A stretch of 64,000 bases of DNA from Balanoglossus misakiensis (GCA_040954595.2 CM082576.2:8249129-8313128); one strand, 5' to 3'; counted from the stretch's first letter, positions 1-12,149 are shown. Made by a program: numbers and translations. Notes: generated from the letters alone by a model not told the origin.

Positions 1-1246
1 CCACGCCCTGTAATACATTATGTTTTGGCGTCCCAGGTTGTACAGAGTAGGATAGTAAAATATGCTTTAAAATATATTTCGTGAATAATGGAATCCGATA
101 CAAAAGACAGCGAAGAATTGAATTAATCGGTTATTAAGAAAACTATGAAACGCATCCTTTCGCGCATATGTGACCCAGGATTTGTCCTATAAAAGCGACA
201 ACGTTGATTAGCGGACAGACTTGTATTCACTTGTGAGGATGTGAGGGCGCTTTTCCAAATTGGTACGGTTACCCAGGGACGTGAATCCAGGGATGTGATA
301 AATTCGAATTGTGTTATCGGAGCACAATAAACTGAAAATCCAAAGTAGATCATAGACCACTCAGCTACGGCTTGCCATCGTTCTGCAGTGTGGTCACGTA
401 CATCGTCCATATCTAAACGATGAAAGACAATTCCCCCGAAATACTGAAATATCAATACACTTGACAAAGTGATTAACGTCATAAGGTGACGTGGAATATT
501 TCTTTTATTTCTAATACACCATTTAAAGTGTAACTGCTAAATAGTACCGGGATGAGATCGGAAAGTGTAGGCCTATATACGATATAATCATGCCAAGTAC
601 ATAATTGGTACATCGACCGGAAAATTTGACTAAGTACAATTGATACTGAATTCCCAATGATATGCAATCCCCGCCGAAAGGCATATAGCCTAGGTCTAAC
701 GACTTCGAAAATGGCGAACAAAAGCTGCAATGAATGTGTACATGTAGTGTGCCACAGACGAGCTGCTCCTATATGTCCTGTTATAATCATGCAAATCAGT
801 TGTTACAGGTGCCAACAGCTTTCACAGATGAATTGCTTGCTTCTTGTATCAGCTATTGTATGATATAGTGTTTACTGGTAACTAACAATGTTGATGGCTT
901 TCACAGTTTCCATGAATACTTCGGTATATGTTGCAGACGCAAAAAATGGCACATGAGATGACGGGGAAACAAGCACGCTAGGCAATCACAACGCCTGTTT
1001 ATAGAATAACCTTATAGCCTACAAACATACATACATGCACAATCACGCGTGACCGTAATACGGAGGTGCTACGAAGGTCGCGGAATGAGGTCACCATGGT
1101 TATTAGCCTAGTCGTGATTGTGTGTAGTTTGAACGTGGCATGTATTTCGAATCTGTTGAATCCTACACTCGCCTCCCTTCTAAAACCCAGTCACGTGTTC
1201 TCCCCATTGCACATTGACGCGGCCTCAAGTTTCGATCGAGTCTGGT

Positions 1247-1648
1247 CTACTCCGTTTTGGTGAAATATCTCTTGGCAGTGACGTCACCTTTGCGTAGCGT
1301 CATCACCAGCTCTTCCCCGACCACCTCGCGCTCTGTGATCGGGTTTTTCTCAGGCTCGTCGGCCGACTTCACCACCAGCTTGCCGTCTTCCAGCGTGGCG
1401 ATGGACTTTTTCGTCTCCCCTCCCCAGTGCGTCTCCTCGAAGGCCTCGCCGATCGTGAACTGCTGCTCCCTCGTCTTCATCATGGTGATGGTGCGGACCA
1501 CGAACTCGTCCCCCGTCTGCTGGATTTCCAGCGTCGGCGACAAGGCCCCCATCATGCTACGGAGGACGAAGTTGACGTCGTTGGCGATGAGATACTCGTT
1601 GAAGTTCTCGCTTTTCACGTGCTTCCACTTGCCGACAAGGTTAGACAT
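1247..1648 (-). CDS. Fatty acid-binding protein (FABP/iLBP family) 1, intronless, 133 aa
   Basis: MSNLVGKWKHVKSENFNEYL...FTIGEAFEE...LEDGKLV...EREVVGEELVMTL...AKRYF: FABP GxW signature and beta-barrel pattern. Probable ATG is 1648; the ORF-track start at 1822 is not an ATG. Confidence 0.93.
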   Translation of the reverse strand: MSNLVGKWKHVKSENFNEYLIANDVNFVLRSMMGALSPTLEIQQTGDEFVVRTITMMKTREQQFTIGEAFEETHWGGETKKSIATLEDGKLVVKSADEPEKNPITEREVVGEELVMTLRKGDVTAKRYFTKTE

Positions 1649-2892
1649 GATTATCGCTGCTGGCTCGGGAGATGAAGAGGACGTTGTCTGTTTTGTACTG
1701 TGACGTGTAACCGTACGTGTATAATGTTGTGTGTATACAAATACGTATCCCAGGTCATGGACCCTTGTTTGACCTAATTGGGTGATAGTTGAATGCGCAC
1801 GCGCAGCAATGTCAACTCCCACGTCTCATGTCATGCATGCTATTATAATAGATCTTTCTGTCTGTTGATCTTTTAGCATTTACGATATTATTGTGAAATT
1901 GATAAACAGAAATATTTATTCAAGTTGTTTGACAGTTATTTTCGATTATTGTGTGTTCTAGATATCTATCTGCTTGTTGTCAAAGCTGTCAACGGACACA
2001 CACGCATTTTGAACTTCTCCGCCCAAAAATTGAAAAATCTAAATTCAAATATCATGTCGATGCACTAAGACAAAACACCGTGACGGTGTTGAGGTTTGAA
2101 AATGGAAATTGCGCAGAGCTCAACCGTGTTTTATGATTCCCTATGACCCCGTATAGACTCTATCACCGCCCCTTTGGACTTAGTAACCAAGCCACGCCCT
2201 TGCTCTTTCCTTTCGGGGCCATCTCTGCTTATTCGTTCTGCCTTCCCCCAATCTGGCGAAAATAAAACATTCTCCGACAGTAGGTTATAAATGGAAAATC
2301 GGGTACCGGGAAAATTGTTAAATACATAAATCATTAAATGTCATTTTCCCCGGCACGCGGATTTTAATTGACTTCCTAAAATATCAGCAAAAAGGAAATT
2401 AAAACGATACACATTGTCCTTCTGCCCGGCCCATAGTGCTCATATATAAATAATCTTGTCGATGTTAAATGGTTGTGACATGTGAATAGCCAAAATGCCT
2501 TAAACTGGATTGCGATGTGGGATCGAAACAAAATACTATCTTATGAACAGATAAATTAGAGAATGAAAGTACAATGTTAATAAACTAAGCTTCAGCGTCA
2601 ACTAGATAAAAAAAAATGTTGTTGGCGTCTTCTTAGTGTTCAGCTGCAGGTGGGGGCGTTTCAAAGCAAACGAGATTACTGCAGTGAGGAGGGTACAATA
2701 CACGCAAGGAGGCGCGCGCATTCGCTCCGTAGTCGAATCTCCCGATATTTTGGTACCAGAGTATATACTGCATTATTGTAAATTTACAAATTTGAGGTGC
2801 ATTGAACGTTCTATGTTGAGAGGATATTTGGTTCCACCAGACTCGTATACATGTACATGTACCGTTGGAGCGTGTTCCACTTTGTCGTAGTT

Positions 2893-3294
2893 TCAGACTT
2901 CTCTAGTGTAGACTCGCTTAGCGACAACGCCCCACCTGCTAAATGTTGTCACTAAATTTCCATCAACGACCTCTCGTGTAATCTTCTCTTTACCCGGGCT
3001 GTCGACTATCACTGTGACGAGCTTGTCCCCCTCCAGTGTGGTTCTCATCCGTACGGGCGGGTTACTCCCAGCACTCACTCCGGTGCCCTCGTATGTTTCC
3101 CCGAGCGTAAATTTCACGCCGACGATGTTGCCATCGGCGGGCTGGATTTCCAGGTTCCACCGCGGTCCTTCGTCGTCCTGGAATATTTTGACGAACTGCT
3201 GCTCCTGCTCCAGCAAGGCGGACGACCCCTTCGCGAAGTACTTGCCCGTGTTTTTGCCGTGGTCGTATCTCCACTTGCCGACAAAGCGATCCAT
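2893..3294 (-). CDS. FABP-like protein 2, intronless, 133 aa, shortened helical lid
   Basis: MDRFVGKWRYDHG...FTLGETYEG...LEGDKLV...ITREVVDGNLVTTFSRWGVVAKRVY. Confidence 0.88.
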   Translation of the reverse strand: MDRFVGKWRYDHGKNTGKYFAKGSSALLEQEQQFVKIFQDDEGPRWNLEIQPADGNIVGVKFTLGETYEGTGVSAGSNPPVRMRTTLEGDKLVTVIVDSPGKEKITREVVDGNLVTTFSRWGVVAKRVYTREV

Positions 3295-4231
3295 TTTCCT
3301 GACTTTATGCCGCGCTACCCAAGCCGAATTTGTATGCTATGTTTTAGAGGCGCGCCCGAGGAGAATGACGATCAAAAGGGGATAGATGGAAATTATAAAT
3401 GAAGGCCGGGAGTGGGGCGATTGCAATTGTTTGTTTCTCTTCTGACATAAACTGACTCGGCACCCATCACATAGGAAGTATAAATTGATCGTGACACCCA
3501 CCACCAGTCACAAGGAAAGTACGTACACGTACAATTAGTGATTTCAATTTCAGACATATATATACTAGTAGTAGACATGAGGTTTTTGACAGAAATAGTA
3601 CTATTCTTCTTGGTATACCAGCATCTTTATTGTGTGAAGATTTAATTCAAAGGGTTCTGGATTGAACAATACCAATTTAAATTTCGAATTCTTCGAAATG
3701 ATTTTACTGTAAGTCACAGTATTTACTTTCCTGTTCAACTGACAGAGTGTTTCAAACGGTTTTAATGTATCTTAGAACTGCCCGTATAACTCCTATGTGG
3801 ACAATGAAATTGATGGGAAATTGTTATATCTAAAGACTTCTGGAGAACGTTTTTTATGCTCGTAACAATGAATGAAACTGACCACAAAGCAAGCATTTTA
3901 ACACCCTCCGGAAACACTAACACAATCAAAACACGGAGACATGCACAGAATCATTATCATATCGCCAAAAGCATTTTATTTTGAAGTGACAGAAAAAAAC
4001 ATTGCCTCGATATCTGAATCTTGCCCCTTGCCAATTGTGCATTACAGCCTGCTAAATATTTTCAAGATTTTTTTATGTGTCTTAACTGGTGTGTATACAC
4101 GTTATCAACATCATAATAAACGGGTGCCTCAAGTTAGATTTAAAAGTGTAGATTCATATTCTGGGACCAATACTTCTGCTTTATTCGACCATGGCTTGAA
4201 CGTGAAGCAATGTCTACCAGTCTCACAGTCT

Positions 4232-4621
4232 TCAGCTTTCCTTGGTGTAGACACGCTTAGCGACGACACCGCCCCTGCTGAAGGTTGTCACCAAATTTCC
4301 GTCGACCATCTCCCGTGTAATCACCTCCCCGTCGGGAATGTCGACCAACTTTGTGACGAGCTTCTTTCCTTCCATCGTTGAGATCTTCCGCGCGCGGTCG
4401 CCGTCAGTAGTGGCACCCTCGTACACCTCCCCGGTCTTGAGTTTCGTCTCCGCGCCGAGGTGTGGCACGGTTATGACCCAGACGCCGTGTTGGTCTTTGG
4501 ATATCTCCATGGAGTGCCGCTCCTGATTGCGCCAGGCGGAGCCCTCCGCGAAGTACGCATCCAAATTCTCGCCGTGATCATATCTCCATTTGCCGAGAAT
4601 TCCATCGCCACCCGATGCCAT
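4232..4621 (-). CDS. FABP-like protein 3, intronless, 129 aa, shortened helical lid
   Basis: ILGKWRYDHGENLDAYF...ITREMVDGNLVTTFSRGGVVAKRVY; closest in sequence to the 2893-3294 gene. Confidence 0.88.
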   Translation of the reverse strand: MASGGDGILGKWRYDHGENLDAYFAEGSAWRNQERHSMEISKDQHGVWVITVPHLGAETKLKTGEVYEGATTDGDRARKISTMEGKKLVTKLVDIPDGEVITREMVDGNLVTTFSRGGVVAKRVYTKES

Positions 4622-5163
4622 TGCGCGGTTGATGTCTTGGGTGTGGTGTGCAGCAAGTCAGTGCTCGATATACAGGTCTAGCTGGGCTGTGGTATGATCG
4701 AGCGCGTTTTCTGTCGATATATAGTCGCTATGTCAGCCTGGGGACATTATAATTTAATTATATGATTGAAAAAGAGGTAGCCAGCAGAAATGAAGTTGAC
4801 GGAAACGTTTAATTAAAAGTTGCCACCCCTGTACACAAGTGCCTTTCGAAAATTTCCCGGCAAATGCGTGTTTCCTGCATACATCCCGCCCCCGTGTCTT
4901 TGTACACTTTCCTGGTAGCACAATATTCATTTTAAGCAAACATTCTGTTATTTAGACGCATGACTGTATTTATTGCCTACATTTTAAAATTGGAAGTACA
5001 CAGGCCAGTACACTCCTTTCAAGTCTGCAACTTGTGGTAAAATAATTGTCGGTGCGTTTTTGAGAAAGACGAATAAACACGGTTGAAGCCAGCAATGGCA
5101 CGACAGATAAGTCGGCGTAATCACGTGATGCGAAAACAACTCGCAGGCCTATAGTTTATGGTT

Positions 5164-5776
5164 TGTTACGTAGGAGAAGTTTGCTTTTGTTTTGTGACCA
5201 GGTGTGTTTTCGCTTACTTTTGTAATTTGAATATTTGCGTGACCAGGTGTGGTGCATTCATTATTTTCCCCATATAAAAAAGCCCGCACGGTGTGTTGCG
5301 GCGTAGCTACTAATTTGGACTTGTCCGTGTGAGCTGTTCTGTTCCTCGCCGGCTTGGAAGATGTGCCTTATTTCCTGATACACTGGTCTGGAAACCGCGC
5401 CCAGAAGCCGTGTTATTTCATGCTGTCCTGGTCTGGAAACCGCGCCCCGAAGTCGTGCTACCTCATGGGGAATTCGTCCGAAAGCCGTGCCGTCTACCGG
5501 GGAATTGTGCCAGAACGCTACTCGGACTGAACGTCGCTGTTGGGACTGCCGTGGTGCTGGTCGCGTTCGTCGTGCGCTACGGAAGCTTGGACTTTAGTTT
5601 TTCATTTGCCACACCTGGTCACATTTAAGGTAGTCATTTATTTTACTGTGTTTTTCCTCAGTGTACATTCATTTTATATGTACCAATGTTTAGTTGTAGT
5701 AATTAAACGTTTCCATAAGCAAGGAAATAACGTGTGGTGTGCCATATGGACTTCGCACGAATTAAGAGAAACGACA
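5164..5776. mobile_element. Probable solo-LTR-like or transposon-derived repeat
   Basis: Begins TGT and ends ACA. TATA-like CATATAAAAA at 5271, ATTAAA near 5702, 45-bp-period internal repeat (5383, 5428), 14-bp inverted repeat 5239-5252/5609-5622. No target-site duplication found. Confidence 0.4.
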
Positions 5777-6427
5777 GAGGAATCTGACTCAGGAACAGAA
5801 CCAACAGTCGAATGTAAAATTGAATTTATATGAACAAGACTCATTTACTTGTTGAAAATTCTCATGGATGAAAAGGTAGCAATTTTAAAATCCCAATATC
5901 AGGGAAATATACGGACACATTGCTATCGGCCGCCCGATCAATAGTCATAACATATGGCCTTGCTGATTGAAACCAGTTCTCAGCTCGATTAAAATCTCCT
6001 CTCGCGAGAGGTGAACATGACAACACAATCATCCAAACTATACCGAATATTTTTCTTTTGAAATAGTGTTAATATATGAAAGCCAATGTTTTGAATAGTT
6101 ATGACTCGACTTTTCTGGATAAAACACAAGTAGAAAGAAATGTTTTACTTATTTCATGTTGGACTGGAAATTGATGTCAATGTCACTTGAAGTAAGTACA
6201 TTAGTGAGTTACAGTGTATAGTTAACTGTGGTACAGCGTAAGTTCTACAACTGTCGGGAAAAGGCTGGGCAACGGTCTTTAACGGCCTCTCTTTCGTCAC
6301 TATGGCAACGAATATTCCTATAAATCAACGCTCTTCGCCGAATCACACGCACACAACCAAATCAATGTATCAAATCTGACCGGCCTCCTGGAAATGACCG
6401 ACTCGGCCTGGGTTCACGCCAGTCCTA

Positions 6428-6838
6428 TTACTTCGTTTTCTTGAAGTAGCGGCGGGCCACGACATCCTTGTACTGCATTGTCATGACCATCTGATCGTCG
6501 ACCACCTCCCTGGTGATGATCATTCCCTCTTCTGGGTTCTCCGCCAGCTGCGTGACCTGTTTCCCGCCCTCCAGCAGCCGGGCGATGAATTTCTTCGCCG
6601 TCCCGCTCATGCCGACGGTGTCCTCGTACACTTCGTCGATCTTGAACCTGACCACCTTCGTCTTAACCGCCACGACCAGTTTGATCGTCCAGGTGCCGTC
6701 CTCCGCTATGCTGAACTCGGCGATCGGTGACGTCGACACCATCATCTTGCGCACCAGCCACGGGGTCCCCTGCGCCACCAGCAGCTGTTCAAAGTTCTCG
6801 CTTCGCTCGTGCTTCCACTTGCCGACGAAATGCGCCAT
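6428..6838 (-). CDS. FABP-like protein 4, intronless, 136 aa
   Basis: MAHFVGKWKHERSENFEQLLVAQGTPWLVRKM...FKIDEVYED...ITREVVDDQMVMTMQYKDVVARRYF. Confidence 0.93.
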   Translation of the reverse strand: MAHFVGKWKHERSENFEQLLVAQGTPWLVRKMMVSTSPIAEFSIAEDGTWTIKLVVAVKTKVVRFKIDEVYEDTVGMSGTAKKFIARLLEGGKQVTQLAENPEEGMIITREVVDDQMVMTMQYKDVVARRYFKKTK

Positions 6839-6926
6839 TCTGCTTTACGTTCTGAATCTTTATAGCTACAGAGTCGCGTGAAACATGGCAGTGGGGTGTA
6901 ATGTTGGGTGGAAATGTCGCCAGGGC

Positions 6927-6960
6927 GTTTTATGTACTCTTCGGGCCTGAACTTTGAACT
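6927..6960 (-). promoter_or_regulatory. TATA-like box plus DR1 nuclear-receptor element upstream of FABP 4
   Basis: - strand AGTTCA-A-AGTTCA (6948-6960) about 15 bp upstream of CATAAAA (~6928-6934) and ~110 bp upstream of the ATG. Confidence 0.5.
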
Positions 6961-7918
6961 TTGATTTTAAATCAAAATTAAATTTGCTGTGTCACCACGA
7001 AGCGCGGTGCAAATCAGTGCAAACACTAAAGCTTATTGTGTGTACCACAAAGGTAATTTAAATGAAAATCACGTAAAACAGTACGACCAACGTCTACTGG
7101 TTGCTTTGTACAATTAATGTGTATTCTTAGAACGGTTTGATTTTCCTGAAAGACCACGATTGCTGCCCCGTTTTCTACTGTGACCTATACTCTACTGATA
7201 GCTCTGCTGGAGATAAGAGCGCTCCGAGGGAGCTATACCGCTGGGGCGAAGGACGTTCGCTGTTGCGTGTCGAATTTTGCGGTGCACTTTGCAAATTTTA
7301 GTAGACTGTATCCACATTCAGTGAATCACCCACGTTACCGTTTCGAGGGGTATGAGTGATATTGGATGTTAAACAATTAACAGCATGATTTTCGAACACA
7401 CTCTTTTGACACAATATACCCCTAAATGCGTGAAAAAATACCAAAAGAAGGATAATATGTACATGTATGTAAAAAGTCGCATACAATGCAGACGCTGCGA
7501 AGTGCCCACAACCGTTGAGGGCGCTCTGTAGCCCAAGCACAGCCACAATGAATCTGAAGCGGAGATTGTGCATGAATATAGATTACAAGTGTCTGGCACA
7601 GTGCAGTGTGTCTGGCAGATCTTTCCGGGAGAAAATCGAAGACGAAATGTTGTTCTTTCACAGAGCCTAAAAACGGCATTTATTAAGCAGCAATCTTCCG
7701 GCAATTATGCAAATAACGACTGAATTAATCATTCAGATCAATGGTTGATATATTACTTCCTTTTTATTGATGATTGCATTGGTATAACATCATTCCGCAA
7801 TTGCTCAAAATCTAAAATTTCGAAAGCTAAGCCATCTATTCTTGTCTTCATGGGAACAAATCATCGTCGAAGAAGATGGTCCACCTGAAAGAAATGCATA
7901 ATTAAATTTACTTTATGA

Positions 7919-8242
7919 TTAAGGTAGTAAGCGCCTCCTAGTCGAAAATCAAAGTCTTACACTCCTCTCTCATGTTTTTCAGAGAACAACTTTAGATAAT
8001 TTCATCTTAAAATTAAAAAGAAAGAATAGGGTTCACCGCACAAACTATTTTTAAAGAGACAGCTAAAATATCTCATATTTGAAAATCAAAATGGCCGCCA
8101 TCTCTCTGTTAACTACATGGACAAATTTAAAATAGTTTTCTTAAGAATCTCATGCAAATTTTAAAGGTTTGGAGGAATAATTTAAACGTTTGGATGACTA
8201 TCATTTTTTTTCTGAAAATCTGTCCCCAAGGTGGATACTACA
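7919..8242. mobile_element. Degenerate MITE-like element
   Basis: Left end TTAA-GGTAGTAAGCGCCTC; right end AAGGTGGATACTACA is an imperfect inverted copy (~10/15); AT-rich non-coding interior. Confidence 0.4.
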
Positions 8243-8414
8243 GTTTCTAACATGAATCAGTCTCTACCTTTGTAACTTATGAGGATTATTATCCGGTGAT
8301 CACCTGTAATGAAATACAACGAATAAAATTGTTTACATAATAGACACCATCACTTGCATGGACAACACAGCAAAGCTGCCCAAACGAAGGCAATCAAAAT
8401 TAGATACCCAAAAC

Positions 8415-10358
8415 TCACCCTATACATTCGTAGTACACATCCAAATATTTGACAACTCCAACGCAGGGATCTCCAAACACTCCGTTTGAGGCATCAATAC
8501 TGCACGTTGCTTTACCATCACAGAGATTTGATACAACGCTTGTACTACCAGATGATATGCAGTCAGTGACAGAGTTGCTACCGCATACGTCGCTTTTAGT
8601 TCGACCATAGTTTGCTGACAAAATGTTCACAGTACCAGTGGGGCATGTTAGGGTGAGTGTTCCCCCTTCACACGTGCGGGCAAGATCGCCTGTAATGAAA
8701 GAAAACGAACAAAAATAAGTTTTCATTTATAATTATACAGCAAAACCGCAAACAAAGAAAGCAGTCCACGTCGGTAACCCGAATCTCACCTTCATGTTGA
8801 ATACATTCGTAGTACACATCCAAATATTTGACAACTCCAACGCAGGGATCTCCAAACACTCCGTTTGAGGCGTCAATACTGCACGTTGTTTTACCATCGC
8901 AGAGATTTGATACGACGCTTGCACTCCCAGATGCTATGCAGTCAGTGACAGAGTTGCTACCGCAAACATCACTTTCAGTTCGACCATAGTTTGCTGACAA
9001 AATGTTCACAGTACCAGTGGGGCATGTTAGGGTGAGTGTCTCTCCTTCACACGTACGGGCAAGATCGCCTGTAATGAAAAAAAACGAACAAAAATAAGTT
9101 TTACTTATAATACAGCAAACCCGCAAAAAAGAAGACAGACCACGTCATCGTCAGTTAGCCTACCCGAATCTCACCTTCATGTTGTATACATTCGTAGTAC
9201 ACATCCAAATATTTGACAACTCCCCTGCAGGGATCTCCAAACACTCCGTTTGAGGCATCAATACTGCACGTTGTACTACCATCGCAGAGATTTGATACGA
9301 CGCTTGCACTCCCAGATGCTATGCAGTCAGTGACAGAGTTGCTACCGCAAACATCACTTTCAGTTCGACCATAGTTTGCTGACAGAATGTTTACAGTACC
9401 AGTGGGGCATGTTAGGGTGAGTGTCTCTCCTTCACACGTACGGGCAAGATCGCCTGTAATGAAAAAAAAACGAACAAAAATAAGTTTTACTTATAATACA
9501 GAAAACCCGCAAAAAAGAAGACAGACCACATCAGTTAGCCTACCCGAATCTCACCTTCATGTTGTATACATTCGTAGTACACATCCAAATATTTGACAAC
9601 CCCAACGCAGGGATCTCCAAACACTCCGTTTGAGGCATCAATACTGCACGTTGTTTTACCATCGCAGAGATTTGATACGACGCTTGCACTCCCAGATGCT
9701 ATGCAGTCAGTGACAGAGTTGCTTCCGCAGACATCACTTTTAGTTCGACCATAGTTTGCTGACAGAATGTTTATAGTACCAGTGGGGCATGTTAGGGTGA
9801 GTGTCTCTCCTTCACACGTACGGGCAAGCCGACCTACAACGAAATGAAATGAACCACAATTTGTAAATTTGTACAAGACTTGGTAATTTGTACAAGACTT
9901 GGTATTATATATACAATATCATGTGCAGTAATTTATATATGAGTTCTAATAGCTTGACAACTGACCAGGTAATCCTTCAATCACCTGCATGTTCAAACCT
10001 CCTATACTCCATCAAACGGGACGCAATACAATATCGTCATAAATTATCAAAATAAGAAGAAGTCAAGGCCAAAATCACTATTAATGCACACATTTGATTG
10101 GCAAACTGTCACCACAAAGATTTATTCAGGGAAAGTGGATGGTTTTCTGTCAGCCTTTTTTTACTTCTTCTGCCTTTCTGTTACTGGTACTATTCTAACT
10201 GAAACCCTTTACTTGCCTGGATTAGGGTGAGTGGTGCAATCCGGATCTGCAAATAATTACAAAGCTATGAAAGTAATAAATTTCGACATTATTGCGGTAA
10301 TGGTTAGTGACTCGACACTCTCTATATGCCTTTTTAAGAAGTTAATCGGTCTCTCTTT

Positions 10359-10442
<84 letters not shown>

Positions 10443-12149
10443 AGTCACGTCAAATACCATACCACATCTGAACAAACAAGTATATAGGCACGTTTTCGAA
10501 CATTCTGCCCTTTGACGCAATCATCTGGAGCAGGTTTCTGATTCTTACCTTCAATTTCACACACGAAACCTTTTGACCGCACAGCACAGTATTCATCATC
10601 CCATAAGCCATTGCGACCAAATCGAAACCTGTAAGGATTATCATTAATATATGTAATAAGAGAACCCCATGGTGAGATCGTTTAAAATTCCCCATGTTTC
10701 GTCGATCATAACCTAGCTCTTTTCATTTGCATATGAGGTTGCATAAGTACCGGGAATTATTATTGCACTGGTCACTTAGAACAGTAACACACATATGCAG
10801 TAATACTCTGTAAGGTGTTACATTTCAATTTGCTTACACTTGAGTAGTTGACTGAAATTTGGATAAAATGTTCAAAATCTGTAATTGTCATTGACCGAAA
10901 CTGTAAAATAATATGGTTATTATCATGGAGTACTCTTACCATAATTGAACACAGTCTTGTCCCTCTGTGGGATTCTTTTTCGCTTTGTTATCGGGCTGCT
11001 TTCGAGCCCAGACACTGAAATCAAGTGGGGACAGGGCCTCGCCATCGGCCCAAACGAAGCTGCCTTCTACTGAGCGATCCGTCAGACCGATCCAGAAACC
11101 AAACTTGCGAACGCAGCTTGCAGTGTTCAGTTGGTGATCAATGATATAGTTCACCACATGGTCCTGTCGTTCTTGACTGTTGACAATCGCAAGTCTACCA
11201 GATGACCCTCCGGCCACTAAACATCTCGACTTGCAGAAATTTTCGGCTTCCTCGTAGAATTCACCTTTAGGTTGTTGACAGTAGAACTCATACTTTATGC
11301 AGCCGTCGCTGGTTCTTAGAGTGCTGAATCCTGCAGTAGAATGCACAATGCTAATGATGCACGCACGGACTACTTTGATAAAGTAAACACTAAGGGAACC
11401 GAAGAAGAGAGCATTTTTTGATATACAAAGCAAAATGTTAGAGTAACAGATAAAAATAACAGATAATGGAGCTTTCATGCACACAAATTGCATCTCACCT
11501 TGGTAATCGTACTTTCTCAGCATAATACAAAGAAGTTGGGAAGAAATGAGTAAACATGAACGTCAAATACAGAATTTGTTACAGCGGCAATGCAACAGTA
11601 TTTCATAATTTTGTCATTGAAAACGTTAATTATTAGCATAAATACTACTTGAAAACAATTTAAGATATTTATACGGTCCAAGAAACAAAAACACGATAAT
11701 TACATGTGCAAGAGACACACGTCTTGAACTACTTGAAAATTGTGTGAAATGCACACCATGCACATGCAAAACACATGCAAAACAGAGATAGAAACACGTC
11801 TCCGTAAGGATAGTTTAGTATGACTCTTAACATATGCAAAAAGAAGAACATAACTTACCATAGACACATCTGAACCACAGGTCAAGTTGCTCTACAAGTT
11901 AAAATAGGTTACTTGTGAAACAGCTAAAAAGATTGTACTACTAGCACAACTCAGTTATTTTATTCAATTGTTTCATCAGTCACCCATCCCACACATCTAG
12001 TACAGTAATTTCAACCACGCCCATCCGCATTCCACAAAAAACATAATGACAATTAGATGTCCAAATATAAAAGGAATACTGACCCCATTTGCATTGATCC
12101 CTGGCACACAAGAAATGCAGAAGATGAGAACGCTCAACTTAAAATCCAT
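8415..12149 (-). CDS. Secreted mosaic lectin: signal peptide + C-type lectin domain (QPD) + 4 SUEL/rhamnose-binding lectin domains
   Basis: Exons (-): 12084-12149 (MDFKLSVLIFCISCVPGINANG), probable 11859-11891, 10940-11330 (FWIGLTD...FVWADG...WARKQPDN...DCVQLW), 10549-10628 (GLWDDEYC...FVCE), 10217-10246, then SUEL exons 9555-9833, 9175-9453, 8790-9068, 8419-8689, each with ANYGR and DPC-G--KYL. Phases are consistent from 11330 onward; the 5' phase and the exact stop are uncertain. Confidence 0.88.
8419..9833. repeat. Tandem ~380-bp exon+intron duplication (4 copies)
   Basis: Near-identical 279-bp exons (last copy 271 bp) separated by similar ~100-bp introns. Confidence 0.95.
10361..10440. 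repeat. Compound microsatellite (TGTC)n(TC)n
   Basis: Directly visible; intronic. Confidence 0.97.

Noticed and set aside
123-863. ORFs 123-482, 479-790 and 657-863
   Set aside because: No recognisable domain, codon bias or splice structure.
1257-6881. + strand ORFs overlapping the FABP genes
   Set aside because: Antisense shadows of GC3-rich coding sequence.
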